Shown here one piece after another: positions 33,724 through 41,925 of a DNA stretch of 48,197 nt; the first letter of the stretch is position 1; every line of letters begins with the position of its first letter. The position numbers and the translations under genes were made by a program. Location of the stretch: IMG/VR virus record IMGVR_UViG_3300044630_000989, positions 1 to 48,197 of that record; one strand, written 5' to 3'. The stretch comes from a virus. Its lineage: Duplodnaviria > Caudoviricetes. Under the pieces are notes generated by a model. That model had not been told where the DNA came from, searched no databases, and saw only the letters and a program-made list of their open reading frames with translations.

Positions 33724-35868
33724 TTACATTCTCCTTATAGATAGTGATGCGATTGCTCCCACGATGACCGAGGCAACAACAACTGTTTGTGATTCTTCGC
33801 GTTCTGTTGTGGACATATCTGCTCCGATGTTTCCTAACGCCATAAGTGCCTTTCCTGGGTCAGTAAAAATTGCCCCGACTAATTCGGATGGGTTTGCTAC
33901 CAACTCAAGGGCATCCGCAACCTCGGCTGTGATCACGATTGGTTCTCCGCTTTCATCAACGCGGGTTTCAACTGGTGTCTCTGGAGGTAAATCTTCGTAA
34001 TCAATTCCAGCCTCAGCGATTGCCGATGCTGTTACTGGCTCGCCCTCGAATTGAGCAATAATCGCCTCAGCGACAAGACCCTTTTCTGCCTCAGTAAATT
34101 TCCCATCCTCAGAAAGAGTTTCTGAAAGGTTGTTTACTTCGTCTTTGGTAATCTCACCGTCTGCTGAAAGCGCATCAAGGATTAAATCTTCTTCGGCTGC
34201 ACTCAAAGCGCCGCCATCTGAGAGAGTTTCAATCAACTCAGTCGCCTCGGCTTCGGTAACCTTTCCATCTTCCATCAATGAATCAACTACCGCTTCAGCA
34301 TCAGCGGGTGTAATCTTTCCATCCGCTAAAGCATTATCAATAACTTCGGAGGTTTCTAATGGTTCAGGAGACGGTTCTTCTATTGGCTCTGGTAGCACTA
34401 TTGGCTCTGGCTCTGGCTCGGGCGCTGGTTCTAGCGTTTCAACTGGCTCGATTGGAGGCTCGATTGGAGGCTCAGGCTCAAGAATTGGTAGAGGCTCGAT
34501 CGGCAATGGTTCTGGCAAAGGCTCGGGAATGGGAGTTTCATCGGGAGTCGGGGCGACATCAGGCAATGGAATAGGCTCTGGCTCTATAACAGGTGGAAGG
34601 TCAGGAATTACAATCGGTGTTGGTTCAACTGCGGGGGGGATAGGCGATGGCAAAGGTGTGGGTTCAGGTATGGACGGCAAAGGTTCCTGGCTCGGTTGAG
34701 GTTGAGGAGACGGACTTAAAGAAGGTGTTGGGTTTGGAATCGTTGCAGAGGTTGATTCCGATGTTGGTGAAGGAGACGGCTCACTCGGAGTGGGCGATGG
34801 TTGCGGACTGGTCGCGGTCCCCGTTGGTGTCGGTTGAGGAGACGGTTGAGGTTCTACCGCCGTTGGAGAATCCCCAAAGCCAAGACTGACCGCTAAAAAT
34901 TTATATGTCCCACCGCAAGGGTCACCAAAAATATCATTGACCGCCATAATTGTTGCAATGGCTTTTCCTAAAAATACTTCAGCGACTTTTTCTGCTGAAC
35001 TCGGTTCGTGACATTCACCGATCGAATATCCATTCGGTGTTCCATAACTTGCAAATATAACCGAGGTAAAAATCTTTCCAATGGGAGCAGTCAGGGTTAG
35101 TTCTTCATTCTCGCTTGCGCTACCATTCACGACATTCACTTGAGGAAAAGGAGAAGGCGATGGAGTTTCTATTGGTGTCGGAGATGTTGGGCTTGGCGTT
35201 GGTGTCGCTGTTGGGTTGGTGGTGGGCGATAAAGAAGGTTCAGGACTTGCGCTTTGAGAAGAAGTCGGAGAAGGCGTACTGGATGGAGAAGGTTCAGGAC
35301 TTGGAGAAGGAGTTACGGTTGGAGAAGGCGAAGGCGAAGGTTCGGGAGATGGTGTCGGAGTAGGCTCTGGCTGAATTAAAGAATAGGTAAGAGTCGGACT
35401 GCACATCGTTGGACCATAGAATCCAGCCCAGAATCCGTTATCAATTCCGCCGCCCAATAAAACAATATGGGTGATGTATCCCGTGTATCCAGATTGCAAA
35501 GTTACATTTTGTGTTTCTAACTCTCGTCTGTCATAGGTCATATCTTCAACCAGGGAATCGCCGTTATACATACGAAAGGCAACTTTGTATGTATCTACGA
35601 TTGGTGGCTGGTTACCAATTTTGTTGTCTTGGAGATTGCTGACATTTACGGTTGCAACGGCTCCAGGGGCGATGACCCCATTCACAGGGATGGTCTTTGT
35701 TACTTCCGAGTATTGGTAGGAAAAGGTCGCGCACTCGCCATTCATGCTGACCATACTGGGATTCGAGGCGGTGAACTCGCTCATGGGCATAGCCCCAGCA
35801 TCATTTATTGGCAAAAGGGCTAGGAGTATGACGATCAGGAAGGCTATCGCTAAGCGTAAATACCGCAT
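33724..35868 (-). CDS. Secreted/surface protein with SUEL-type lectin domain, Pro/Ser/Thr-rich linkers and C-terminal anchor
   Basis: Signal peptide; FASYGTPNG..IGECH...FGDPC.GT.K.L.V; PSPSP/PEP repeats; acidic DG.IT..E repeats; hydrophobic C-terminus. Confidence 0.75.
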   Translation of the reverse strand: MRYLRLAIAFLIVILLALLPINDAGAMPMSEFTASNPSMVSMNGECATFSYQYSEVTKTIPVNGVIAPGAVATVNVSNLQDNKIGNQPPIVDTYKVAFRMYNGDSLVEDMTYDRRELETQNVTLQSGYTGYITHIVLLGGGIDNGFWAGFYGPTMCSPTLTYSLIQPEPTPTPSPEPSPSPSPTVTPSPSPEPSPSSTPSPTSSQSASPEPSLSPTTNPTATPTPSPTSPTPIETPSPSPFPQVNVVNGSASENEELTLTAPIGKIFTSVIFASYGTPNGYSIGECHEPSSAEKVAEVFLGKAIATIMAVNDIFGDPCGGTYKFLAVSLGFGDSPTAVEPQPSPQPTPTGTATSPQPSPTPSEPSPSPTSESTSATIPNPTPSLSPSPQPQPSQEPLPSIPEPTPLPSPIPPAVEPTPIVIPDLPPVIEPEPIPLPDVAPTPDETPIPEPLPEPLPIEPLPILEPEPPIEPPIEPVETLEPAPEPEPEPIVLPEPIEEPSPEPLETSEVIDNALADGKITPADAEAVVDSLMEDGKVTEAEATELIETLSDGGALSAAEEDLILDALSADGEITKDEVNNLSETLSEDGKFTEAEKGLVAEAIIAQFEGEPVTASAIAEAGIDYEDLPPETPVETRVDESGEPIVITAEVADALELVANPSELVGAIFTDPGKALMALGNIGADMSTTEREESQTVVVASVIVGAIASLSIRRM

Positions 35869-35976
35869 CTGACCCCCTTAATTCGGGGTCACTAGGACAC
35901 GATATGTATGCCTATTGTAGCAATGGAATAATCTATGCTAAACTGGGGTTGTAAATCAATGAGAGAGAGGAATCAA

Positions 35977-36327
35977 ATGTCACAGGTTAAAATCACATGG
36001 AAGGCTTTTGGAGATAAGCCAGAAATCGGGCGCTTCATTAGTTCTGTTGAATTCGAGACTACATTAGACATCCAAGTACCAGAGAGATTATGCGAGAGCA
36101 TCTATCACGCAACAAATACTTACTCAGGAGCCTTATGGGATGTCCTTGAGCCAAAGTTATCTGCAACTCGCACTCACACATCTATCTCAATAGGTGACGA
36201 AATCGAGATTGACGGTCAGGTTTACATCTGCGCTGATCTTGGATTCGAGAAGATTGAGGATGTCGAAATCAAGTATTTCGGAGATTCAGTTTTCAGAGTG
36301 TCGAAGAAAGATAAGGTTAATAACTAA
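35977..36327 (+). CDS. Hypothetical early protein
   Basis: Start behind RBS GAGAGAGG; RTHTSISIGD.I motif. Confidence 0.6.
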   Translation: MSQVKITWKAFGDKPEIGRFISSVEFETTLDIQVPERLCESIYHATNTYSGALWDVLEPKLSATRTHTSISIGDEIEIDGQVYICADLGFEKIEDVEIKYFGDSVFRVSKKDKVNN

Positions 36328-36374
36328 CCCCAGTTATGATATACTCAGGTTGTAACCAAGAGAGAGGATACAAA

Positions 36375-36521
36375 ATGGCTAAGAACTGCGAGAACTGCGG
36401 TGGGATTGCTGAAGTGTACGCGATGGGTCCACGCTCAGGAGATTGGGCTGGATATTACTGCGAGGCTCACATTCCAACTGGATTCAATGTAACCGACAGA
36501 TTTAAGAGAGAGGAAAAATAA
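36375..36521 (+). CDS. Small Cys/His-rich protein
   Basis: CENC...YCEAH; promoter and RBS upstream. Confidence 0.55.
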   Translation: MAKNCENCGGIAEVYAMGPRSGDWAGYYCEAHIPTGFNVTDRFKREEK

Positions 36522-36838
36522 TGTCACAAGAATCAATGTCATGGTCAGATTTAGCAGAATTGACTCATGCTACACAGGTCGAGAAGTTTAACTTCTGCAC
36601 CTGCGAAGATAACGAGGGCAACGAGAATCCGTTCGCGGATTGCCCAACTGAAAAACCTTATGATCGCGTAGGAGCCATCATCGCTTACGAAAGTGGCGAA
36701 CTTGATTATGACGGCACTATCACATTGTTTCAAAATCTCGTAGACACAGGGCTTGCATGGCAACTCCAGGGTCATTACGGGCGCACCGCTGCAAGTCTCA
36801 TTGAAGAAGGTCTAATTACCAAAAAGGAGAACAAATGA
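36521..36838 (+). CDS. Hypothetical protein
   Basis: [23 protein letters not shown] motif. Confidence 0.6.
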   Translation: MSQESMSWSDLAELTHATQVEKFNFCTCEDNEGNENPFADCPTEKPYDRVGAIIAYESGELDYDGTITLFQNLVDTGLAWQLQGHYGRTAASLIEEGLITKKENK

Positions 36839-37326
36839 AAATTCTTATGCTCACACCAGATACAGAAAAGTCATCCTTCGGGGACCGTTATTGCGTAACG
36901 GTAGATTTCAATGATTCCCGCATCAAGGGAACTCTAACCATTGGAGCAATGGCTTCACCTACACACATTCGCTACCAAGGAGCCGTAATCATAAATGGCG
37001 TTTCATATACGGTCAGTAATAACTGCGCTGTAGATGAGCCAAAGATTCCACACTACGCACTTTCAAAGAGCGGAACTTGGTCAGATTACGCCAGCACAAG
37101 CGCTGTTGAGACATTCCGAAAGGCTCTTGTTGAAATTATCGCTGCCGTCCTTGAAGATAAGGATTTTGTAAAAGAGCAGATTGCGACAGAATCACAATAC
37201 ATCGGATACGACATTGATCGCCTCCAGGCAAATCGTGATGCTCTTACTGCCCAGATTGCAGAACTGGATGAGGAGATCGCTCAAAAGAAGGCTAAGCAAT
37301 GGACAAATAAAGCCTTGTTAGTGTAA
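36835..37326 (+). CDS. Hypothetical protein
   Basis: RBS AAGGAG; C-terminal coiled coil. Confidence 0.55.
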   Translation: MKILMLTPDTEKSSFGDRYCVTVDFNDSRIKGTLTIGAMASPTHIRYQGAVIINGVSYTVSNNCAVDEPKIPHYALSKSGTWSDYASTSAVETFRKALVEIIAAVLEDKDFVKEQIATESQYIGYDIDRLQANRDALTAQIAELDEEIAQKKAKQWTNKALLV

Positions 37327-37355
37327 ACTGGGGTTGATAATAGAGAGGATGGGAA

Positions 37356-37523
37356 ATGGATATTGCAGAAGTAGAGACTAAAGAAGATTTACAAGCGTGG
37401 ATTATTCAATTCATGCCTGATGCAAAAGTCGAACTCTCATTCGAGGGTGTCGTCATCAAAACTGGTATGGATGTCGCCATGGGCGGGTATCTTTATCCGC
37501 TCAAGGAGAGGTATGAGGATTGA
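37356..37523 (+). CDS. Small hypothetical protein (55 aa)
   Basis: MDIAEVETKEDLQAWI...; stop overlaps the HDAC ATG. Confidence 0.5.
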   Translation: MDIAEVETKEDLQAWIIQFMPDAKVELSFEGVVIKTGMDVAMGGYLYPLKERYED

Positions 37524-38428
37524 TGGAAGATGCAATTATTATTCATTCGCCAGAATATGCCAACTGGGTCTTTGACCCTAAGCACCCTACCCAGGGTCGC
37601 CGATTTCAACTCGGGCGCAATCAGGTAATCCTCCAGGGACAAGATCGTCACCTAAACATTGACGAATTTCTGCCAGAGGCACCACACACCGATGATCTAT
37701 TGCTATGCCACGACCCAATTTATGTCCACGATGTAACCGTCAAAGGTATATCGGATGAATGGGAAGGCGCTCGCCACGATTTAGGTGACCTTGCAAAGTT
37801 ATTCGTAGGCGGAACTCTTACCGCCCTTGATGCGCTACTGGAAGAAAAGACAAAGTTAGCAATTCACCTTCCAGGGGCTAAGCACCATGCAATGCGCGAT
37901 TACTCAAGCGGTTTCTGCGTATTCGGTGATTTCGCTATTGCCGCTACCAAGGCAACTCAATTAGGTAAGCGTGTCGCCATCTTTGATTGCGATGCTCACC
38001 ACGGTGACGGTACTGAAGCGCTCACAAAATCTAATCCGAATATCTTGACATTCTCTGTTCACCAATGGGGAATCTTTCCAGGTACGGGGCTAGTCTCGGA
38101 CTGGGAGCGAAAGGCTTTGAACTTTCCTCTCGCCGCTGGCACCGATGATGAAGGCTTGACCGATGCGGTTCAATCCTTCCTAGATGTCTGCTTTGACTTT
38201 GAGCCAGACTTGATCTTTGTCGCCTGTGGTGCAGATGGCTTAGCCGATGACCCGCTTTCGGGATTGAATTACACCGTAGGTGGTTATGAACTCGCTATGC
38301 GTAGCATCCGAATGGCTTACCCAGACACGCCTATCCTTTTTGGGGGCGCTGGAGGCTATCTGCCAGACGACCAGACTCCTGACCTATGGGGCAAGGCATC
38401 TCTGGCGCTGGTGGCTCCAAGGGGCTGA
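37523..38428 (+). CDS. Zn-dependent histone deacetylase family protein (AcuC-like)
   Basis: HP....R, GAKHHA...SGFC, DCDAHHGDG, FPGTG, GADG..DDPL and GGY motifs. Confidence 0.92.
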   Translation: MEDAIIIHSPEYANWVFDPKHPTQGRRFQLGRNQVILQGQDRHLNIDEFLPEAPHTDDLLLCHDPIYVHDVTVKGISDEWEGARHDLGDLAKLFVGGTLTALDALLEEKTKLAIHLPGAKHHAMRDYSSGFCVFGDFAIAATKATQLGKRVAIFDCDAHHGDGTEALTKSNPNILTFSVHQWGIFPGTGLVSDWERKALNFPLAAGTDDEGLTDAVQSFLDVCFDFEPDLIFVACGADGLADDPLSGLNYTVGGYELAMRSIRMAYPDTPILFGGAGGYLPDDQTPDLWGKASLALVAPRG

Positions 38429-38443
38429 CGGTACGATTGCGCC

Positions 38444-39001
38444 ATGACGACAATCGTGGCAATCCAGCAAAAAGACAAAGTTATTTTCGGGGCGGACTCG
38501 CAGACAACTTCATCCAATGGTCGCAAATCTAATCATCCCAAAATGGTCAAGATAACCGAGCGCGGCGATTTTTTAATCGCTGGTTCTGGTGAATGTGCGC
38601 CTTGCGATATTGCTCAGCACCTCTGGATTCCGCCTAAGCCAACTGCAACCGACCTCAAAGATGTTTACCACTTTATGATTTCTAAAGTTGTGCCATCGCT
38701 GAAGGCTTGCTTCAAAGATCAAGAATACAAATGGAATGAATCCGATGATGGAGAAACTAAATTTGCGTTTTTGCTCGCTATTGGTGGCGAGGTCTTTGAA
38801 CTCGCTGAGGATATGAGCATCTCCCTGGATTCAAAAGGTTTCTACGGCATAGGCTCTGGTTCGAATTACGCAATCGGCGCATTAGCCGCTGGTGCTGACA
38901 TCGAAATTGCTTTGGCTATCGCCGCAGAAAATGATGCGTATACATCTGCTCCATTTATCTATAAGACTCAGCAGAAAGTTGCATCATCTAGGAATAAATA
39001 G
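38444..39001 (+). CDS. Ntn-hydrolase of the proteasome beta / HslV type
   Basis: N-terminal M-T-T nucleophile, GADSQ.T, conserved Lys, AGSG and IGSGS.YA.GAL. Confidence 0.85.
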   Translation: MTTIVAIQQKDKVIFGADSQTTSSNGRKSNHPKMVKITERGDFLIAGSGECAPCDIAQHLWIPPKPTATDLKDVYHFMISKVVPSLKACFKDQEYKWNESDDGETKFAFLLAIGGEVFELAEDMSISLDSKGFYGIGSGSNYAIGALAAGADIEIALAIAAENDAYTSAPFIYKTQQKVASSRNK

Positions 39002-39038
39002 TATCTTACTCCTGTTGTATAAACTATGAGGGGGAACT

Positions 39039-39260
39039 ATGGATACAAATGAAGTAAACCAGAAATTCGATGACATCATTCATCCGAAGATTATCAATCA
39101 GATTATTAAGGCTCCCAAGCCACCGAAGATACCTGCAAAATTTCCTGAAGTGCGCTGGTTTCTTGGAATCTCTGCGATCGTTACTGGCGTTTCTTTGGCA
39201 CTATCGTTTTCGATATTGCTGATAACTGCCACGATCATTACCGCCTTGGACTCCTTCTAG
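39039..39260 (+). CDS. Small membrane protein
   Basis: C-terminal hydrophobic helix; RBS GAGGGGG. Confidence 0.5.
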   Translation: MDTNEVNQKFDDIIHPKIINQIIKAPKPPKIPAKFPEVRWFLGISAIVTGVSLALSFSILLITATIITALDSF

Positions 39261-39406
39261 GAAAGGGAATCGCGGCGGCGCTTGTTAGCGCAGTCGTAAC
39301 ATATCTTTTCTACCAGGTCGATAACTCCTAGTATAAATGCAGCGATACCTGAATAGACAAGATTTTCGGTAGTTTCACAATCAACACATTTCATCATCGT
39401 ACCTTT

Positions 39407-39601
39407 CTAAAACCTATGTAAGACCAACATGTTCTCAACTTCTTCATTCTCTACCTCGACAGAAAACGATACTTGCTTAACATCGAACTGCCTTGCGTGG
39501 TGAACGCAGAAATATAGATCGCCCGACAAGAAACTTGCTCGGACTTTTGCTTGCGCCCCACACCTATCGCATCTATCCAGGGGTGAGAGAGGCTCTCTCA
39601 T
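39407..39601 (-). CDS. Small zinc-finger protein
   Basis: DRCDRCGAQA...LYFCVHH. Confidence 0.65.
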   Translation of the reverse strand: MREPLSPLDRCDRCGAQAKVRASFLSGDLYFCVHHARQFDVKQVSFSVEVENEEVENMLVLHRF

Positions 39602-40024
39602 TTATTTCTTCTTGCTCTTATCTGTAATCGGACCGCCGACAATCCAGGCTCGGCAGGTGCGCTGTGATGCACATTTGAAATCAAAAGATTCGCAATAGCC
39701 CAACTCGCCAGCCTCGGTTACATCGTAGGCATTTTCAGCGGTGTCGCCTTGGGCTAATCCGCCCTTGATGCACTCAAGCATTGCCGATGTCTGGATGAAA
39801 GCGGCGCAATTTCCACAGCGCTGTTTCTTAGCCTCGGCAGGGGTGACATCCCACTCTTTAGCCGTCTCAGCCCAGAAATCCTCATTAGGCTCTGAAGGGT
39901 TGAGCGGACCATAGTTTGCTTTTTCTATGGCGTTCTCGCGGTTTTTAAGGTTGGCTCCTACATCCTGGGTCGCTGTTGGGCATGAAGCCTTCAATAGTGT
40001 GATGAACGCTGGCGTAAGAGACAT
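39602..40024 (-). CDS. Cys-rich protein with HiPIP-like motif
   Basis: RCGNCAAF...GYCESFDFKCASQRTCRAW; leaderless start. Confidence 0.55.
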   Translation of the reverse strand: MSLTPAFITLLKASCPTATQDVGANLKNRENAIEKANYGPLNPSEPNEDFWAETAKEWDVTPAEAKKQRCGNCAAFIQTSAMLECIKGGLAQGDTAENAYDVTEAGELGYCESFDFKCASQRTCRAWIVGGPITDKSKKK

Positions 40025-40154
40025 AGCCCAAGGGTATCAGGCGAACATTTGTTCGAATTGTGTAGTACAAAATTCTTTGTGTTTCGGGAAGATTATTAAC
40101 CCCAGTTGTGTTATACTTGGTGTAAGAGGTAAGAATCGAAAGGGAGGCTAAGTA

Positions 40155-40328
40155 ATGAAATTTACAAAGGTTGAATCTGGAGCCTACAGATACGGTGCAT
40201 GGCACATTGAGAAAATATCTGGCGCTTGGTTAGTCAGAAAAGGCAACACTTTATTCCCAGAACATTCCACATGGGCTACAACGCTCAAGGAAGCAAAGAG
40301 ATTTATCCAGGTTCAGGAGGCTAAGTAA
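40155..40328 (+). CDS. Small hypothetical protein (57 aa)
   Basis: MKFTKVESGAYRYGAWHIEK...TLKEAKRFI; RBS GGAGG; promoter upstream. Confidence 0.6.
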   Translation: MKFTKVESGAYRYGAWHIEKISGAWLVRKGNTLFPEHSTWATTLKEAKRFIQVQEAK

Positions 40329-40642
40329 TGAGCGCAAAATACAAAGATTTTGAGTGGAAAACTCAAATATCCGCTGATGAGGGAACTGTTGATAACTACC
40401 TTTTTCGTGGCGATGTGAAGCCTGTAGCGCCATCTATAAGCGATCTTGAGACAGCGCTCGAATGGGTTGCCCTTTACGATGCTGGCGATGATGTTGAACT
40501 CGCTCAAAGCCTTGCAAATGTCGTTGCTTTCCTATCATTTGCCGCTGACAGCAAGCAACAGCGTTTCGTTCTTGCCGAGGCAAAACGCCGATACGCAAAA
40601 GAAAAGGGTGTGAAAGTTTCCGATGTTAGGGTAAAGAAGTAG
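40328..40642 (+). CDS. Hypothetical protein
   Basis: RBS AGGAGG; TAATG coupling. Confidence 0.6.
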   Translation: MSAKYKDFEWKTQISADEGTVDNYLFRGDVKPVAPSISDLETALEWVALYDAGDDVELAQSLANVVAFLSFAADSKQQRFVLAEAKRRYAKEKGVKVSDVRVKK

Positions 40643-40700
40643 GATTTCTAACCAGGGTATGATATTCTTACCCTGTAATACCGAGAGAGAGGCAATACAA

Positions 40701-41108
40701 ATGTCATCAGTAATCGAAAAGGTCAAGATTCAGCCAAAAGTGGGCGACATCCTTTACTCATCATGGGGCTACGATCAGACCAACATTGAGTTTTTCAAGG
40801 TGGTCAAGGTCAGCGAGTTTTCTGTCTGGATTCAGGAAGTTGGCTCAAAAGTTGTTGAGGTAACTGGCTGGGCGCACGAAAAGGTTGTGCCAACTGATTC
40901 TTCTGAATACCAGGTAAGAAACTGGGACAATGTTCCAGATGTATTCGGTAATGTAAATGCCTACATCACCAAAACTCATCCAATCAATCGCCACAAGATC
41001 AAGCACTTCACTTGGAAGGATGAGGAAGGTTACTATGTAACTTTGAACTCTTTCTCCCACGCGCAGTTATGGGATGGCAAGCCAAAAGAAGCAAGTCACA
41101 CACACTAA
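40701..41108 (+). CDS. Hypothetical protein (GDILYSSWGYDQTN motif)
   Basis: Start behind GAGAGAGG; conserved-looking SWGYDQTN.EFF.V. Confidence 0.65.
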   Translation: MSSVIEKVKIQPKVGDILYSSWGYDQTNIEFFKVVKVSEFSVWIQEVGSKVVEVTGWAHEKVVPTDSSEYQVRNWDNVPDVFGNVNAYITKTHPINRHKIKHFTWKDEEGYYVTLNSFSHAQLWDGKPKEASHTH

Positions 41109-41122
41109 GGAGAGGAAATAAA

Positions 41123-41293
41123 ATGGCTCTAACATTTGAAATTGAATACTTCCGTTGGATTTGTAATTGCGGCAAGCGCGGTAATTTCTTGGTTTTCGAT
41201 AAGGCTTGCAAGGCATCCGATAGACACATCCAGGAACATGAAAGAAAACTTGAGTGGAACTTTTCGACCAATTTGCAAAAGGAGAGTGCATAA
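41123..41293 (+). CDS. Small zinc-binding protein
   Basis: WICNCG...H...H; RBS AAGGAGAGG. Confidence 0.5.
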   Translation: MALTFEIEYFRWICNCGKRGNFLVFDKACKASDRHIQEHERKLEWNFSTNLQKESA

Positions 41294-41707
41294 ATGGGAT
41301 ACACACATTATTGGACAATCAAGGACGAACTCACCCGAGAGCAATTCATCACTTGGGCTGAGGGCGTGAAGGTCATTGTTGAAACTGCGATCGAGGCGGG
41401 AATCCCGCTCGGTAACGGAATCGGCGAGGATGCTCCAGAACTTTCAGACAATGTTGTTGCCTTCAATGGCGCAGGAAATCTCGGTGTCGAGACATTCGGA
41501 ATCACCATTGACGATGAGGGCTTTGACTTCTGCAAGACTGGTCGCGCACCTTACGATGCAGCGGTAACTGCCAGCCTCATTCACGCCAAGAAAATCTTTG
41601 GCGATGCCATTGAAATCAAATCAGATGGCAACTGGGCTGACTGGGAAAGTGGTCGCGTATTGTATGAAACCGTCTTTGACATCCAGCCAGAATCGGTCCT
41701 CGCGTGA
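41294..41707 (+). CDS. Hypothetical protein (MGYTHYW / FCKT..PYD motif)
   Basis: RBS AAGGAG; conserved-looking motifs. Confidence 0.65.
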   Translation: MGYTHYWTIKDELTREQFITWAEGVKVIVETAIEAGIPLGNGIGEDAPELSDNVVAFNGAGNLGVETFGITIDDEGFDFCKTGRAPYDAAVTASLIHAKKIFGDAIEIKSDGNWADWESGRVLYETVFDIQPESVLA

Positions 41708-41925
41708 GTGTCCTAGACGATTTACGGCAGAAGCGCCGTGAACTCTGGCTCAAGAATTGGAGCGAGCGCCTAGCGTGTTGCTTAAATTGCGATGAGGAAT
41801 ATACCGATGCCCAGATCATTGTGGTCAATGAAGAAAAGTCTTGCCCACATTGCAAGATTCCAGAGCATAAAATGTATTACTACTGCGAGGAGCATGGCTC
41901 GTCAGATGATGGCTGCGAGCGTTAG
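41704..41925 (+). CDS. Small Cys-rich protein
   Basis: CLNC...CPHC...CEEH. Confidence 0.5.
   Translation: MSVLDDLRQKRRELWLKNWSERLACCLNCDEEYTDAQIIVVNEEKSCPHCKIPEHKMYYYCEEHGSSDDGCER

Noticed and set aside
34130-34699. Gly/Ser-rich plus-strand ORF and nearby low-complexity repeats
   Set aside because: Antisense of the Pro/Glu-rich linker of 33724..35868.
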